A stretch of 61,991 bases of DNA, filler included, from Nitrospinota bacterium (GTDB lineage Bacteria > JAUXIQ01), in the NCBI GenBank assembly GCA_030620925.1. It is 15 parts of 15 records of this genome, joined end to end, with 100 filler letters (N's around TTAATTAATTAA, not from the genome) between each part and the next. Parts side by side here need not be neighbours in the genome. Positions count along the whole stretch, not along the records: positions 40,972 to 44,462 come from JAUXIQ010000311.1; positions 44,563 to 47,283 come from JAUXIQ010000417.1; positions 47,384 to 54,230 come from JAUXIQ010000108.1; 12 more parts are not named here. One strand, written 5' to 3'. A program made the translations under genes and the position numbers. The notes beneath the pieces were generated by a model, which did no database searches, had not been told where the DNA came from, and saw only the letters and a program-made list of their open reading frames with translations. Shown here one piece after another: positions 41,429-51,460 of the stretch (within the stretch, counting starts at the first letter, position 1; every line of letters begins with the position of its first letter).

Positions 41429-43099
41429 ATGGCAGATAAAGCTGACAAGATGCAAGAGGCATATTTCGAGAAGGCGGACACGCTGGAGACATGGTCGGGC
41501 CTGCCCGTCAAGGATGTCTATACCCCTGAGGACATGAAGGAAATAGATTACGAGAACCGGATAGCCGATCCCGGCCAATTTCCTTTCACCAGGGGCATCC
41601 ATGCCAACATGTATCGGGGAAAATACTGGACCCGCCGCGAGGTGAGCGGTTTCGGCGCACCGGAGGATACCAACGCCCGCCTCAAATACCAGATGGAACA
41701 GGGGGTGAGCGGCCTGAGCTTCATTCTGGATCTGCCCGGCCAGAACGGTCTGGACGCCGACCATCCTCGCTCCCGCAACGAGGTGGGCGTCCAGGGGGTG
41801 AGCATAAGCTCACTGGACGACATGCGGGCCCTGCTCAAGGGCATCCCGCAGGACAAGGTCTCCATGTCCTTCAATATCTCCACCCCCACCGTGGCGGTGG
41901 CCATGGCCCAGTACCTGACGGTGGCGGAGGAGAACGGCCTCAATTTCGAGGAGCTGCGGGGCACCATACAGAACGACCCCCTGCACATCCGGTTCTGCGG
42001 CTTCCAGGATGCGGCCCCCGTAGACATGAGCGTCAAGCTGGCCGTGGACTGCATAGAGTATTGCACGCGCCACGTGCCCAAGTTTTACACCGGCAACGTC
42101 AACATGTACGACCTGAGGGAGCTTGGCATTAACGCCCCCCAGGAGCTGGCCTTCGGATTCGGCATCGCCATGGAATTCATAAGAAAGACAGTGGAGCGGG
42201 GGCTGGATGTGGATGAGTTCTCGCCCCGCCGCGGTTTCTACTGCTCATCGCATATAGACTTCTTCGAAGAAATCGCCAAGCTGCGCGCCGCACGCCGCAT
42301 GTGGGCCAGGATAATGACCGAGCGATTCGGGGCCAAGGACCCCCGGTCCATCACCTTCAAATTCGGCGTTCATACCGCAGGCTGTTCCCTGGTCCCGCAG
42401 CAGCCGCTGAACAACGCCATACGAATCGCCTACCAGGCGATGGCCGCCGTGCTGGCGGGGGTGCAGTCACTGCACTGCTGCTCCTACGACGAGCCCATCT
42501 GCCTCCCCACCGAGGAGTCTCAAAGTCTGGCGATCCGTACTCAGCAGATACTGGCCTTTGAAACGGGTGTTGCCAAGGTGAGCGATCCCATGGGCGGTTC
42601 CTATTATATGGAAAATCTCACCGGACAGATAGAAGCCGAGGCCTGGAAGATACTGGAGCAGATAGAGTCCATGGGCGGCATGATCGAGGCCATTCGCAAG
42701 GGCTGGGTGGACAACGAGGTCGAAAAAGCTCAGATAGAGAACCAGAAAGAGATCGACGAGGGGAAAAAGATAATCGTGGGGGTTAACGCCTTCACATCTG
42801 AACCGGAGAAAACCACGCCCGGCGGCGTTCACATCGCTGACCACGTCGTGGGCAGACAGCAGACGGAGCAAGTGCAAAAACTGAAAGAGAGCCGGGATCA
42901 GGAAGCTGTAGCCAAGGCCATCCGCTCACTGCGTGAGCAGGCGGTGGAGGGAAAGGTCAACCTGATGCCCGCCATTATCGAAGCCACCAAAGCCAAAGCG
43001 ACTTTCGGCGAAATCCTGGGCACCATCCGCGAGGTCTACGACAACCACTACGACCCGCTGGGAATCGTAGAATCACCCTTCATGGCGACGAGCACATAG
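41429..43099 (+). CDS. B12-dependent acyl-CoA mutase, large (substrate-binding) subunit, methylmalonyl-CoA mutase family
   Basis: Motifs PGQFPFTRGIH, GTIQND, FFEEIAKLRAARRMW, QSLH..SYDE, DPMGGSYY. No C-terminal B12-binding domain. Confidence 0.92.
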   Translation: MADKADKMQEAYFEKADTLETWSGLPVKDVYTPEDMKEIDYENRIADPGQFPFTRGIHANMYRGKYWTRREVSGFGAPEDTNARLKYQMEQGVSGLSFILDLPGQNGLDADHPRSRNEVGVQGVSISSLDDMRALLKGIPQDKVSMSFNISTPTVAVAMAQYLTVAEENGLNFEELRGTIQNDPLHIRFCGFQDAAPVDMSVKLAVDCIEYCTRHVPKFYTGNVNMYDLRELGINAPQELAFGFGIAMEFIRKTVERGLDVDEFSPRRGFYCSSHIDFFEEIAKLRAARRMWARIMTERFGAKDPRSITFKFGVHTAGCSLVPQQPLNNAIRIAYQAMAAVLAGVQSLHCCSYDEPICLPTEESQSLAIRTQQILAFETGVAKVSDPMGGSYYMENLTGQIEAEAWKILEQIESMGGMIEAIRKGWVDNEVEKAQIENQKEIDEGKKIIVGVNAFTSEPEKTTPGGVHIADHVVGRQQTEQVQKLKESRDQEAVAKAIRSLREQAVEGKVNLMPAIIEATKAKATFGEILGTIREVYDNHYDPLGIVESPFMATST

Positions 43100-43228
43100 A
43101 GCACCACACAGGATACAGGATGAATGAATAGGGGCGGCTTCCAGCCGCCCCTATCTACGTTCGGGAGAAACTTTTCTGTAATCCCGGCTGGAGCGAAGTT
43201 TCTTGTATCATTTATTAGGTCGATCGAA

Positions 43229-43257
43229 TTGACAAAGTAAGTTGTTAAAAATATAAT
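43229..43257 (+). promoter_or_regulatory. Consensus sigma70 promoter for hicB-hicA
   Basis: TTGACA (43229-43234), 17-nt spacer, TATAAT (43252-43257). Confidence 0.8.
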
Positions 43258-43313
43258 GAAATTAAGCCCAATAAATTACAATTACCTCTAAAAATTAGAC
43301 CGAGGAAAGTTAA

Positions 43314-43574
43314 GTGAAGTCTTACAACTTCAGGGTTGTTATTGAAGAGGACAATTTCGAGGATGGCAGGGAAGCTTACCACGCCCACTGTCCCGCCTTG
43401 AAGAAACAGGGTGCATCTACCTGGGGTAATACAATAGAAGAAGCTCTCAAAAATATCCAGGAAGTCGTTCAACTCATAATAGCAGAACTTATCGAAGACG
43501 GAGAACCGATACCGGAAGGACCGGAAAGCGAAGTCAAAATACTATCCGAACCGCATGTCGTTGTGAATTTATGA
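43314..43574 (+). CDS. hicB: HicB family antitoxin (short form, no DNA-binding domain)
   Basis: YHAHCPAL..GASTWGNTIEEALKNIQE...GEPIP. Confidence 0.88.
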   Translation: MKSYNFRVVIEEDNFEDGREAYHAHCPALKKQGASTWGNTIEEALKNIQEVVQLIIAELIEDGEPIPEGPESEVKILSEPHVVVNL

Positions 43575-43682
43575 TTTCGGTATAATAAGAAGTTCACTCC
43601 TTCAACTTAGTTCACATCTCTATAATATTTCTATACATAAACAAATCCTCTAATCCGACCGACGCTCAATGCAGTTAATATT

Positions 43683-43931
43683 ATGACCATCGATTACAGC
43701 AGGCTTCGCAGTTTAACTGCCCGAGAATTGATCAGCGGCTTAATAAGGGATGGCTTTTTTCTTCACAAACAGAGCGGAAGTCATCAACGTTATCGGCACC
43801 CGGATGGAAGAAGGGTGACGGTCTCTTTTCACTCCCCATCTGATACCTTCCCGCCTAAAACGCTTAAGAGCATGATCGAAACCGCTGGTTGGATAGAAGA
43901 CGACCTCGATCGACTGAAGCTTATCAAGTAA
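43683..43931 (+). CDS. hicA: HicA family mRNA interferase toxin
   Basis: ELI..L..DGF...QSGSHQRYRHPDGRRVTV..H...TLKSM. Confidence 0.9.
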   Translation: MTIDYSRLRSLTARELISGLIRDGFFLHKQSGSHQRYRHPDGRRVTVSFHSPSDTFPPKTLKSMIETAGWIEDDLDRLKLIK

Positions 43932-44090
43932 TTCCCCGCTGTCGGGTTTCAGATCATCTCCAGGTAGTCTAGTTAAAAGGGGCGGCAGGATGCCGCCTTT
44001 ATTCTTATTGTAAAGCTCAGCGTTAAGAATCCTAGTAGATAGGGAATGCTTTCAGCCGCCCAAAAAGTAGGATAACCGGCCCCTGAAAAG

Positions 44091-44113
44091 AAACCCCGCT
44101 CCAGGCGGGGTTT
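44091..44113. terminator. Probable bidirectional terminator
   Basis: aaaccccgc-tccag-gcggggttt between converging genes. Confidence 0.55.
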
Positions 44114-44134
44114 ACAGAAAGGTTCTCTCAAATT

Positions 44135-44462
44135 CTAGCCGATGAAATGGCGAACGCCGTCGGATTCCAGGTAGTACTCATCCTTCGATTCATCATACTC
44201 GAGGTGTTTCAGCAGTTGGTGGACGCTGTTGCGGTTAAAGCGGGCGCGGTGCTCGCCCCCCCTTACCTTGCAGTAGAGGACGTTCTCCTCTCCCATCTGA
44301 AGGGAGCCCGGGTCCAGCTTCTCGCAGGAGCCGTCGTTTAAATAAACGTCGAAATAGGAGGGGGCCTCGCTGTCATCCCTCTTGTAGACGCGGAACACGA
44401 CGTATGGAGTGTCTTCAAGCTCCACGTAGGCCCTGTCCCCCCAGAGACTTATAACGTAGCGC
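44135..44462 (-). CDS. DUF1285-like protein, 3' fragment
   Basis: AYVELEDTPYVV...LNDGS.E.LDP..L...NVLYCKVRGG...ARFNR. Confidence 0.7.
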
Positions 44463-44809
44463 NNNNNNNNNNNNNNNNNNNNNNNNNNNNNNNNNNNNNN
44501 NNNNNNTTAATTAATTAANNNNNNNNNNNNNNNNNNNNNNNNNNNNNNNNNNNNNNNNNNNNCAGAAAAAGGAGGCGCAGCAGAAGAAGACATCGTGAAA
44601 GCGCCTCCGCCGCAAGAGGTATAAATGCACCGCCTTCAGCGCAGCCCCTGCCGTCCGGTGGGTCGTTGCATCCCGCGTAACGCGGGATCGGGGTGCCGTT
44701 TATATTCAACCGGTTTTCCCGCCCAACCCTGCTCTACAGACAATTCATGTCCCGCGGCGCGGGATGTCTCCATGGATAAGTCCCCCAACCAACCGATTCT
44801 CCTTAAAAA

Positions 44810-45403
44810 CTACTCGCCGGAAGTCATGTCCCTGATCCGCCGCCATAGCACTTCCCGGCCTTCCCCGGTGGCAGCCGAGAAGAGGACGATGCCCTCGCTC
44901 TCAACCCCCAGGGCCGTTGAATATTCCTTTAGCATCGCCCCCCTGCGACCCCGGGTGACCTTGTCCACCTTGGTTGCGGCCGATATGAACGGCACTGAGC
45001 CATGTTCCAGCCAGTCGACCATCTGCAGATCGTAATCGGTGGGAGGCCGACGGAAATCCATTATCAATACCACGGCGGCCAGGTTGTCCCTCCCTTCCAG
45101 GTACGTCTCCACCATGGGACGCCAGCTTTCGCGGACGGCCGCCGGAACTTTTGCGTATCCATAGCCGGGTAAGTCCACGAACATCCACCGCTCGTTTACC
45201 AGGAAGAAGTTTATGGTGCGGGTCTTGCCGGGAGTGGAACTCGTTTTGACCAGTCTCTTCCGGTTAACAAGCTTGTTGATGAGGGAAGACTTGCCCACGT
45301 TCGATCGCCCCGCAAAGGCGATCTCCGGATATGCGGGCGCCGGATACTGCTTCCGGGCCACGGCGGTGGCTATGTATGTGGCGGAGGTAATCTTCATGGA
45401 CAT
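44810..45403 (-). CDS. engB: Ribosome biogenesis GTPase YihA/YsxC
   Basis: Motifs EIAFAGRSNVGKSSLIN, TSSTPGKT, DLPGYGYAK, TKVDK. Confidence 0.96.
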   Translation of the reverse strand: MSMKITSATYIATAVARKQYPAPAYPEIAFAGRSNVGKSSLINKLVNRKRLVKTSSTPGKTRTINFFLVNERWMFVDLPGYGYAKVPAAVRESWRPMVETYLEGRDNLAAVVLIMDFRRPPTDYDLQMVDWLEHGSVPFISAATKVDKVTRGRRGAMLKEYSTALGVESEGIVLFSAATGEGREVLWRRIRDMTSGE

Positions 45404-45446
45404 TACGCTGTCAGAGACGGTTCAGCGGAAAGGAAACCACTCACAA

Positions 45447-46778
45447 CTAAGCATCCAGCTTGTTTATGACCATGCCCGTGATTGGTTTGGGGTAAAAGTA
45501 GGTTGACTTCTGCGGCATTCTGCCCCCGGCGCCGGCTATGGCCATTATCTCGTCTATGTCAGCGGGGTTCAGGAAGAAAGCCGCATCGCTTTCGCTTCTT
45601 TCTACCGCCGCCAACGCCTCGTAGGGGTCGGAGGTATATCTGATGCCACCCGCTTCACCTGTTTTTCGGGAATCGGTGCCCAGGAGAGGGATTATGACCT
45701 GCTGGTGCAGGATGCTGACGTCGAGCTCTCCCAGAATGTGATCGGCGATAGGCAAATCCTCCTGGTCGCGCTCATCTCTCATGCTTCTGAGAATCCAGAA
45801 GCCGCACTCCCTCCCGTACATGCCGAATGCCTTGCCTTCCCTGCATTCACTCTCAAGCTCCCGCTCCAGGAGCCGCTTTAAGGTCTGGCTGGAGGGCTCT
45901 CCGGGGAGCGATTTCACTTCTTTCAGGAGGAACCTGTCTGAGAGGGTCTGGAGCAGCTTGAGTACGTTTAACTCCTTCAGCCCCTCCACGATCCTGTGAT
46001 AGGGGAGTATGGAAAGCCCCGGAGCATACATGTTGACCATGTAGGCCATCATATACTCGGCTGCTTTTCCTCCCTCTCCGGCCCGGCGCATCTCATCTCT
46101 GTAAGCCAAAGCGGCTTCATAACGATGATGCCCGTCGGCCAGCAAGACCTTCTTATCGGCCATCTGCTCCAGGATGAACGCTATGGCATCCTGATCGACG
46201 ACCGTCCACAACCGGTTGACGATACCCTCCTCGTCCACCAGGCAAAAGGTCTCTTCTTCTGTATCAGCCACCTCCTCCAGCGCGCCGTCCACCTTCTTCT
46301 GCGGATCGGGATAGACACAAAAAATCTGATCGAAGTTCGACCGGCAGGCCCGGAGAAGGTTCAACCTGTCCTCACGGGGCCGGTTGAAGGTAAACTCGTG
46401 GGGCATGACCACTCCCTTGTCGAAATCCTCCAGCTTAAGACGGGTGATGAAGCCGAAGCGTTCCCTGCTGGAGCCGTCCGACAGCGAATAACGCTGGCTG
46501 TAGACGTATATGGCGGGATGTATGTCTTGCCGCAGGATGCCCTCATCGAGCCAGCTATCGAAGACCTGGGCCGCCTGCTGATACAGGCTCATACGCTCTC
46601 CGGAATCCTGAGAACCCTTTCCCAGTATGAGGCGGATGATGTTCCTTTCGTGCCGGGCGAAGTATTTTTCCGCACTCCCGGCGGAGATGACATCATAGGG
46701 CGGCGCTACCACTTCCGCCAATTCACCGACGGCTTCCCGATTATAGAAGATGCCTCGAAACGGCCTTATCTCCGCCAT
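45447..46778 (-). CDS. DUF1015 family protein
   Basis: Motifs IRPFRG, PPYDVI, PHE.T, ADGHHRYE, MPQKSTYFYPK. Confidence 0.92.
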   Translation of the reverse strand: MAEIRPFRGIFYNREAVGELAEVVAPPYDVISAGSAEKYFARHERNIIRLILGKGSQDSGERMSLYQQAAQVFDSWLDEGILRQDIHPAIYVYSQRYSLSDGSSRERFGFITRLKLEDFDKGVVMPHEFTFNRPREDRLNLLRACRSNFDQIFCVYPDPQKKVDGALEEVADTEEETFCLVDEEGIVNRLWTVVDQDAIAFILEQMADKKVLLADGHHRYEAALAYRDEMRRAGEGGKAAEYMMAYMVNMYAPGLSILPYHRIVEGLKELNVLKLLQTLSDRFLLKEVKSLPGEPSSQTLKRLLERELESECREGKAFGMYGRECGFWILRSMRDERDQEDLPIADHILGELDVSILHQQVIIPLLGTDSRKTGEAGGIRYTSDPYEALAAVERSESDAAFFLNPADIDEIMAIAGAGGRMPQKSTYFYPKPITGMVINKLDA

Positions 46779-46826
46779 CTTACGATGTCTCCCACAGGCG
46801 ATGTTGCAGGTCCCCTGCTATGAATC

Positions 46827-47283
46827 TCACTGCCGGTGGTCCCCCACCTTCAGGTTGGCCACCGCATCCAGCTCCATGAAATCGTCGAAGCGCGACCGGT
46901 CATCGCCTTGCCCGATATAATTAAAGTAAGCCGCGCAGCCGACCATGGCCGCGTTATCCGTGCAGAGAGCCGGAGAAGGGTGATAGACCTGAAGCCCCGC
47001 CGCCTCTCCTGCATCCGACAATTCTTTTCGCAGAGCGCTGTTGGCGGCCACTCCTCCCGCGGTCACCACCGTGCTCACCCCTCTGCTCTCAGCGGCCTGA
47101 ACGGTTTTGGCCACCAGAACCTCCACCGCCGATTTCTGAAATGCGGCCGCCACGTCCTCTGCTTTGACGGCTGCGCCGGTCCCCTTCCCCACCTGATGGC
47201 TCTGTTTGTCGGTAAGACCGTCTGAGGCCAGCAGCGCGGGCGCCTTATCGCGAAGGAAATAGAAGACCGCCGTCTTGAGGCCG
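46827..47283 (-). CDS. tsaD: tRNA threonylcarbamoyltransferase, 3' fragment
   Basis: GLKTAV...DVAAAFQ...AGGVAANSALR...LCTDNAAMVG; the frame stays open to the contig edge. Confidence 0.93.
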
Positions 47284-47384
47284 NNNNNNNNNNNNNNNNN
47301 NNNNNNNNNNNNNNNNNNNNNNNNNNNTTAATTAATTAANNNNNNNNNNNNNNNNNNNNNNNNNNNNNNNNNNNNNNNNNNNNA

Positions 47385-47618
47385 ACAGGAACAGAGCGGG
47401 GGAACAATAATTTCGTGCAGTGTGATTTGATCAAGCTCCCGTTTAAAGGTAAGACTTTCCGGGCGGCGTTTAATTAGAGGTTCATGCAGCACCTGGAACC
47501 GGTGGAAAGGGTAGCTACGTTGAGGGACCTGTAGGGGGTTTCCGAGAAACTAGTGGTCTGCTACTATCACGAGTATACGTTTAAAACCATGAGCGGGCTT
47601 CTGCGATGGAGAGGGTAA
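47385..47618 (+). pseudogene. SAM-methyltransferase-like 3' fragment with two in-frame TAG codons
   Basis: FVQCDLIKLPFKGKTFRAAFN*RFMQHLEPVERVATLRDL*GVSEKLVVCYYH; TAG at 47475 and 47532. Confidence 0.55.
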
Positions 47619-47627
47619 AGTCCATAT

Positions 47628-48704
47628 ATGAAACCGGACCTGCTGGACGATATACAAAGAATATTGGTGGTCAAAATGAGCTCCATCGGGGACGTAGTGC
47701 ACAGCCTTCCCCTGCTGGACGCTCTTAAACAGCGCTTCCCCTCTTCCTTCATAGGCTGGGTGGTGGACAGGCGCTGCAAGGATATTTTAGAAAATAACCC
47801 GCTCATTGACCGGTTGTTTATTTTTGAGCGCGAGAGATGGGGAGGCCGTAAAAAGGCCGTCACCACTCCCTTTGAGATGGCCGGGTTGATGGGCTCTATA
47901 AGAAAACACAAGTTTCAACTCGCTCTGGACCCGCAGGGGCTGTTCCGGAGCGGGTTCATAACATACTTTTCCGGCGCTCGCATCCGTATGGGCTTCTCCA
48001 ACGCCCGGGAGATGAGTACGCTCTTTTACAATGTAAAGGTGGATGTGCCCGAAGAGATTAAGCTCCACGCCGTGGACAGGTATATGCTCATGGGAAGGAA
48101 GCTGGGCATCGAGACTTCCCGCAGAGTATTCACCATCGAGACCCCTCAACACAGTATGGAAAGGGTGGATTCGCTGCTGGCCGCCAACGGCATTCGGCCT
48201 TACCACAGGCTGGTCCTGGTGAACCCCTGGGCGAGGTGGGAGTCCAAGCGATGGCCGGTGGAGAAATTCGCCCTGCTTGCCGATATGCTGAATTGTGAGG
48301 CGGATACCAGGATGATAGTCGTCGGGGGCAGGTCGGACCTGGAGGGATTTATAACCATAGCCTCGTTGATGAAGACCAAAGCTGTCTCTCTGGTGGGCAT
48401 GACTTCCCTCACAGAACTTGCTTATCTTATGAAGCGAGCCGAAATATTGGTAACCAACGACTCAGGGCCGATGCATATTGCCGCTGCGATGGGTACGCCG
48501 GTGGTAGCCGTTTTCGGCCCTACCGACCCTTCCCTCTGTGGGCCCTACGGAGAGGTCCACGAGGTGGTAAAAAAAGAGCTGCCCTGTTCTTGCTGTTACC
48601 AGGTCGTCTGCCCCATCGAGCACAGGTGCATGGAGACCATCAGCGTTGATGAGGTGATGGGGCGGGTTAAGAGTAAGCTCGATGCCAGGGATAGGAGTTC
48701 CTGA
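47628..48704 (+). CDS. LPS heptosyltransferase (GT9, WaaF/WaaC-like)
   Basis: Motifs [40 protein letters not shown]. Confidence 0.92.
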   Translation: MKPDLLDDIQRILVVKMSSIGDVVHSLPLLDALKQRFPSSFIGWVVDRRCKDILENNPLIDRLFIFERERWGGRKKAVTTPFEMAGLMGSIRKHKFQLALDPQGLFRSGFITYFSGARIRMGFSNAREMSTLFYNVKVDVPEEIKLHAVDRYMLMGRKLGIETSRRVFTIETPQHSMERVDSLLAANGIRPYHRLVLVNPWARWESKRWPVEKFALLADMLNCEADTRMIVVGGRSDLEGFITIASLMKTKAVSLVGMTSLTELAYLMKRAEILVTNDSGPMHIAAAMGTPVVAVFGPTDPSLCGPYGEVHEVVKKELPCSCCYQVVCPIEHRCMETISVDEVMGRVKSKLDARDRSS

Positions 48705-48753
48705 CAGATTTGATGGTAAACGCGTTTCGGCAAACAGGGAGGTTTTGAGAAAC

Positions 48754-48945
48754 ATGCCAATTTCCAAAGAGTTGCTTGAGATACTGGCCTGCCCCAAGTG
48801 CAAGGGAGACCTGGTCTACGACGAAAAAAAGGATACTTTGACCTGTCACGCCTGCAAGCTGGTATACCTTATCAAGGACGACATTCCAGTGATGCTCATA
48901 GATGAGGCAATACCCCTGGAACGGTATGAGAAGGGTGATGCGTAA
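48754..48945 (+). CDS. Trm112/YcaR family protein
   Basis: [13 protein letters not shown]...C..C...[23 protein letters not shown]. Confidence 0.92.
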   Translation: MPISKELLEILACPKCKGDLVYDEKKDTLTCHACKLVYLIKDDIPVMLIDEAIPLERYEKGDA

Positions 48946-49041
48946 TCCCCTCTATGACGGCCTTCAATGCGGAATAAAGATTCCCCAGCCTACTCTTTTT
49001 CCGGGTAGAACATACTCTGGCCTGCCATTCTCGGCCGAAAT

Positions 49042-50826
49042 TTGTTTGGAGATGTAAAAAAATTGCACTTATATCTTAAAATACTTCAGCATGTAAAACC
49101 CTACTGGAAATACATGACCATAGCGATGGTGTGCATGGCCGTGATATCGGCTATGGAAGGCGGCAAGGCGCTCGTTGTCAAGCCTGTCCTGGATGAGATT
49201 TTCATAAACAAAAACAATACCTGGTGGGGGGTTAACCCCCTCTATATCCTCCCCATCCTGGTAGTCGGTATCTTTATAGTTCAGGGGGCGTTCCGCTACG
49301 CATCCGGCTACCTGATGAGCTATATCGGCCATAAGGTTGTGATGGATATTCGCAACCTGCTCTATAAACATCTGCAATCACTCTCCCTGAAATTTTACAA
49401 AAGTAACCCTACGGGCACGCTCATGTCTCGCATGACCAACGACGTGTTCCTCGTGCAGTACTCCGTTTCCAACCTCCTGGGTGAGATTATAAAAGAGGCC
49501 CTGGTTATAGTCGTCCTGCTGGGGGTGCTTTTTTATCGGGATTGGAAAATGGCCCTCATCTCCATATTGATTCTGCCCGCCGCTATAGTTTTCCTGGCCA
49601 AGCTGGGGGGAAAGCTGAGAACGCTCAGCAAGCGGGGCCAGGAGAGAATGGCGGATATGAACGATATCCTCCAGGAAACCATCACCGGCGTGAGGATAGT
49701 CAAAGCCTTCAACATGGAAGACCGGGAGACGGAACGCTTTGCGGGGCGCAACACCAACTATTTCAAGGTGATGATGCGAGGTGTCAAATATGATCTGATG
49801 GCGTCTCCTCTCATGGAAGTCGTGGGTTCCATAGGTGTGGCCATAATAATTTTCTTCGGTGGAATGAAGGTCTACAACGGAGTCATGACCACCGGCGATT
49901 TCTTTTCCTTTCTCACCGCGCTGCTGCTGCTCTACTCTCCGGTGAGGCGCCTGAGCAGCATCAACAATCGCGTTCAGCAGGCCATGGGGGCTGGGGAGCG
50001 CGTCTATGAATTGCTTGAAGAGGAGCCGGATATCACCGACGCGCCGGATGCGGTGTCCACCAAGCCCTTTAACAGTGAGATAAGATTCAGAAACGTCTGC
50101 TTTCAATACGATTCGGAGCCTGTTCTTGAGGACATCGATCTAGAGGTTCCCAGGGGCAGGATGGTGGCCATCGTGGGTCTCAGCGGGGCCGGAAAATCCA
50201 CACTCGTCGATCTCATTCCCCGTTTCTATGACGTGGACCAAGGAGCTATAGAATTCGACGGGGTGGATATTCGCCGGCTCACCATGAGCAGCCTCAGGGC
50301 GCAGATAGGCATCGTCTCCCAGGACATTTTTCTTTTCAACGACACCGTCGCTAATAACATCGCCTACGGCAAACCCCGCGCTTCGGAGGATGAAATCATC
50401 TCTGCGGCCAATGCGGCTTACGCACACCAGTTCATCATGGAGATGCCGGAGAACTATAGTACCGTAATCCAGGAACGAGGCACCAGGCTCTCCGTCGGAC
50501 AGCGGCAGCGCATAGCCATAGCCCGGGCCCTCCTTAAAGACCCCCCCATACTGATACTCGATGAGGCCACCTCATCACTGGACTCCGAATCGGAGATGAT
50601 GGTGCAGCAGGCGCTGCAAAACCTGATGCGCGACCGCACTACTTTCGTCATCGCCCACCGCTTATCCACCATTCTTAACGCCCACCAGATAATAGTCCTG
50701 GATAACGGTAGGATTACGGAGTCGGGGACTCATCAGGAACTGCTGGCAAAAGGCGGCATCTACAGCAGACTGTACAAAACACAGTTCTTCCAGGGCAACG
50801 AAGAAACCACCCCGATACGAAATTAG
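49042..50826 (+). CDS. msbA: Lipid A export ABC transporter (MsbA-like)
   Basis: TMD plus NBD with GLSGAGKST, LSVGQRQR, LILDEATS, IAHRLST; LPS gene context. Confidence 0.88.
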   Translation: MFGDVKKLHLYLKILQHVKPYWKYMTIAMVCMAVISAMEGGKALVVKPVLDEIFINKNNTWWGVNPLYILPILVVGIFIVQGAFRYASGYLMSYIGHKVVMDIRNLLYKHLQSLSLKFYKSNPTGTLMSRMTNDVFLVQYSVSNLLGEIIKEALVIVVLLGVLFYRDWKMALISILILPAAIVFLAKLGGKLRTLSKRGQERMADMNDILQETITGVRIVKAFNMEDRETERFAGRNTNYFKVMMRGVKYDLMASPLMEVVGSIGVAIIIFFGGMKVYNGVMTTGDFFSFLTALLLLYSPVRRLSSINNRVQQAMGAGERVYELLEEEPDITDAPDAVSTKPFNSEIRFRNVCFQYDSEPVLEDIDLEVPRGRMVAIVGLSGAGKSTLVDLIPRFYDVDQGAIEFDGVDIRRLTMSSLRAQIGIVSQDIFLFNDTVANNIAYGKPRASEDEIISAANAAYAHQFIMEMPENYSTVIQERGTRLSVGQRQRIAIARALLKDPPILILDEATSSLDSESEMMVQQALQNLMRDRTTFVIAHRLSTILNAHQIIVLDNGRITESGTHQELLAKGGIYSRLYKTQFFQGNEETTPIRN

Positions 50827-50859
50827 CGGCTTGTAAGCTTGAGGGGCTCTGTTCGTCAA

Positions 50860-51335
50860 AATCTCGCCACGTGTGGGTTAAACTCCCACGAAAATCTCCC
50901 TGCTATTTGTCGCGCCTGGAAGGCGCTCCTGCAAAAAGACGGAAACGCCGCCCACAGGGTAGGAGCGGCATCTTGCCGCGGTTAATTCTTTATGTTTATC
51001 CACGCTGAATCTCTCGCCCAATAATAAAGATCAGGTGTTGATGGGCAACCACAGAGGGTTGCCCCTACATGGTCTGCGGAGGCGCTCCTGCACTTTGGAA
51101 CGAGGGGTTTGCAAGTGCAGGCGAGATTCTTCGCTTCGCTCAGAATGACAGGGTGCGGGGTGCCTCCATTGACGATTCAGGGTTTCACAGGTTACTAGAG
51201 TCTCCCTCCCTTAAAGGGAGGGAATAAGGGAGGGTGATTAAGGGCGACCGACCGGTCGCCCTTACATATCTCACGGAAATCAGGATTCAGAATGACACGA
51301 TGGTGCGTAGGGGCGGGTCCCTGTGCCTGCCCAAA
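50860..51335. repeat. Mosaic cluster of REP-like palindromes
   Basis: gtaggagcggcatcttgccgc, gggcaaccacagagggttgcccctac, gagattcttcgcttcgctcagaatgac, ccctcccttaaagggaggg, agggcgaccgaccggtcgccct and gtaggggcgggtccctgtgcctgccc, between converging genes. Confidence 0.85.
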
Positions 51336-51460
51336 TAATATAAATACCGTTGAGAAGAGAACATTTCAGGAAAGCGGTTTTATGGTCATTGCGGGTCCGG
51401 CGTTCCACCGGGTGCTCCTATTAACTCAGCAGGGTATAGGGCTTACCAGTTTGATAGGGG

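Noticed and set aside
44563-44800. Possible gene start downstream of engB
   Set aside because: No frame gives a recognisable protein, and the region contains a palindromic repeat unit.
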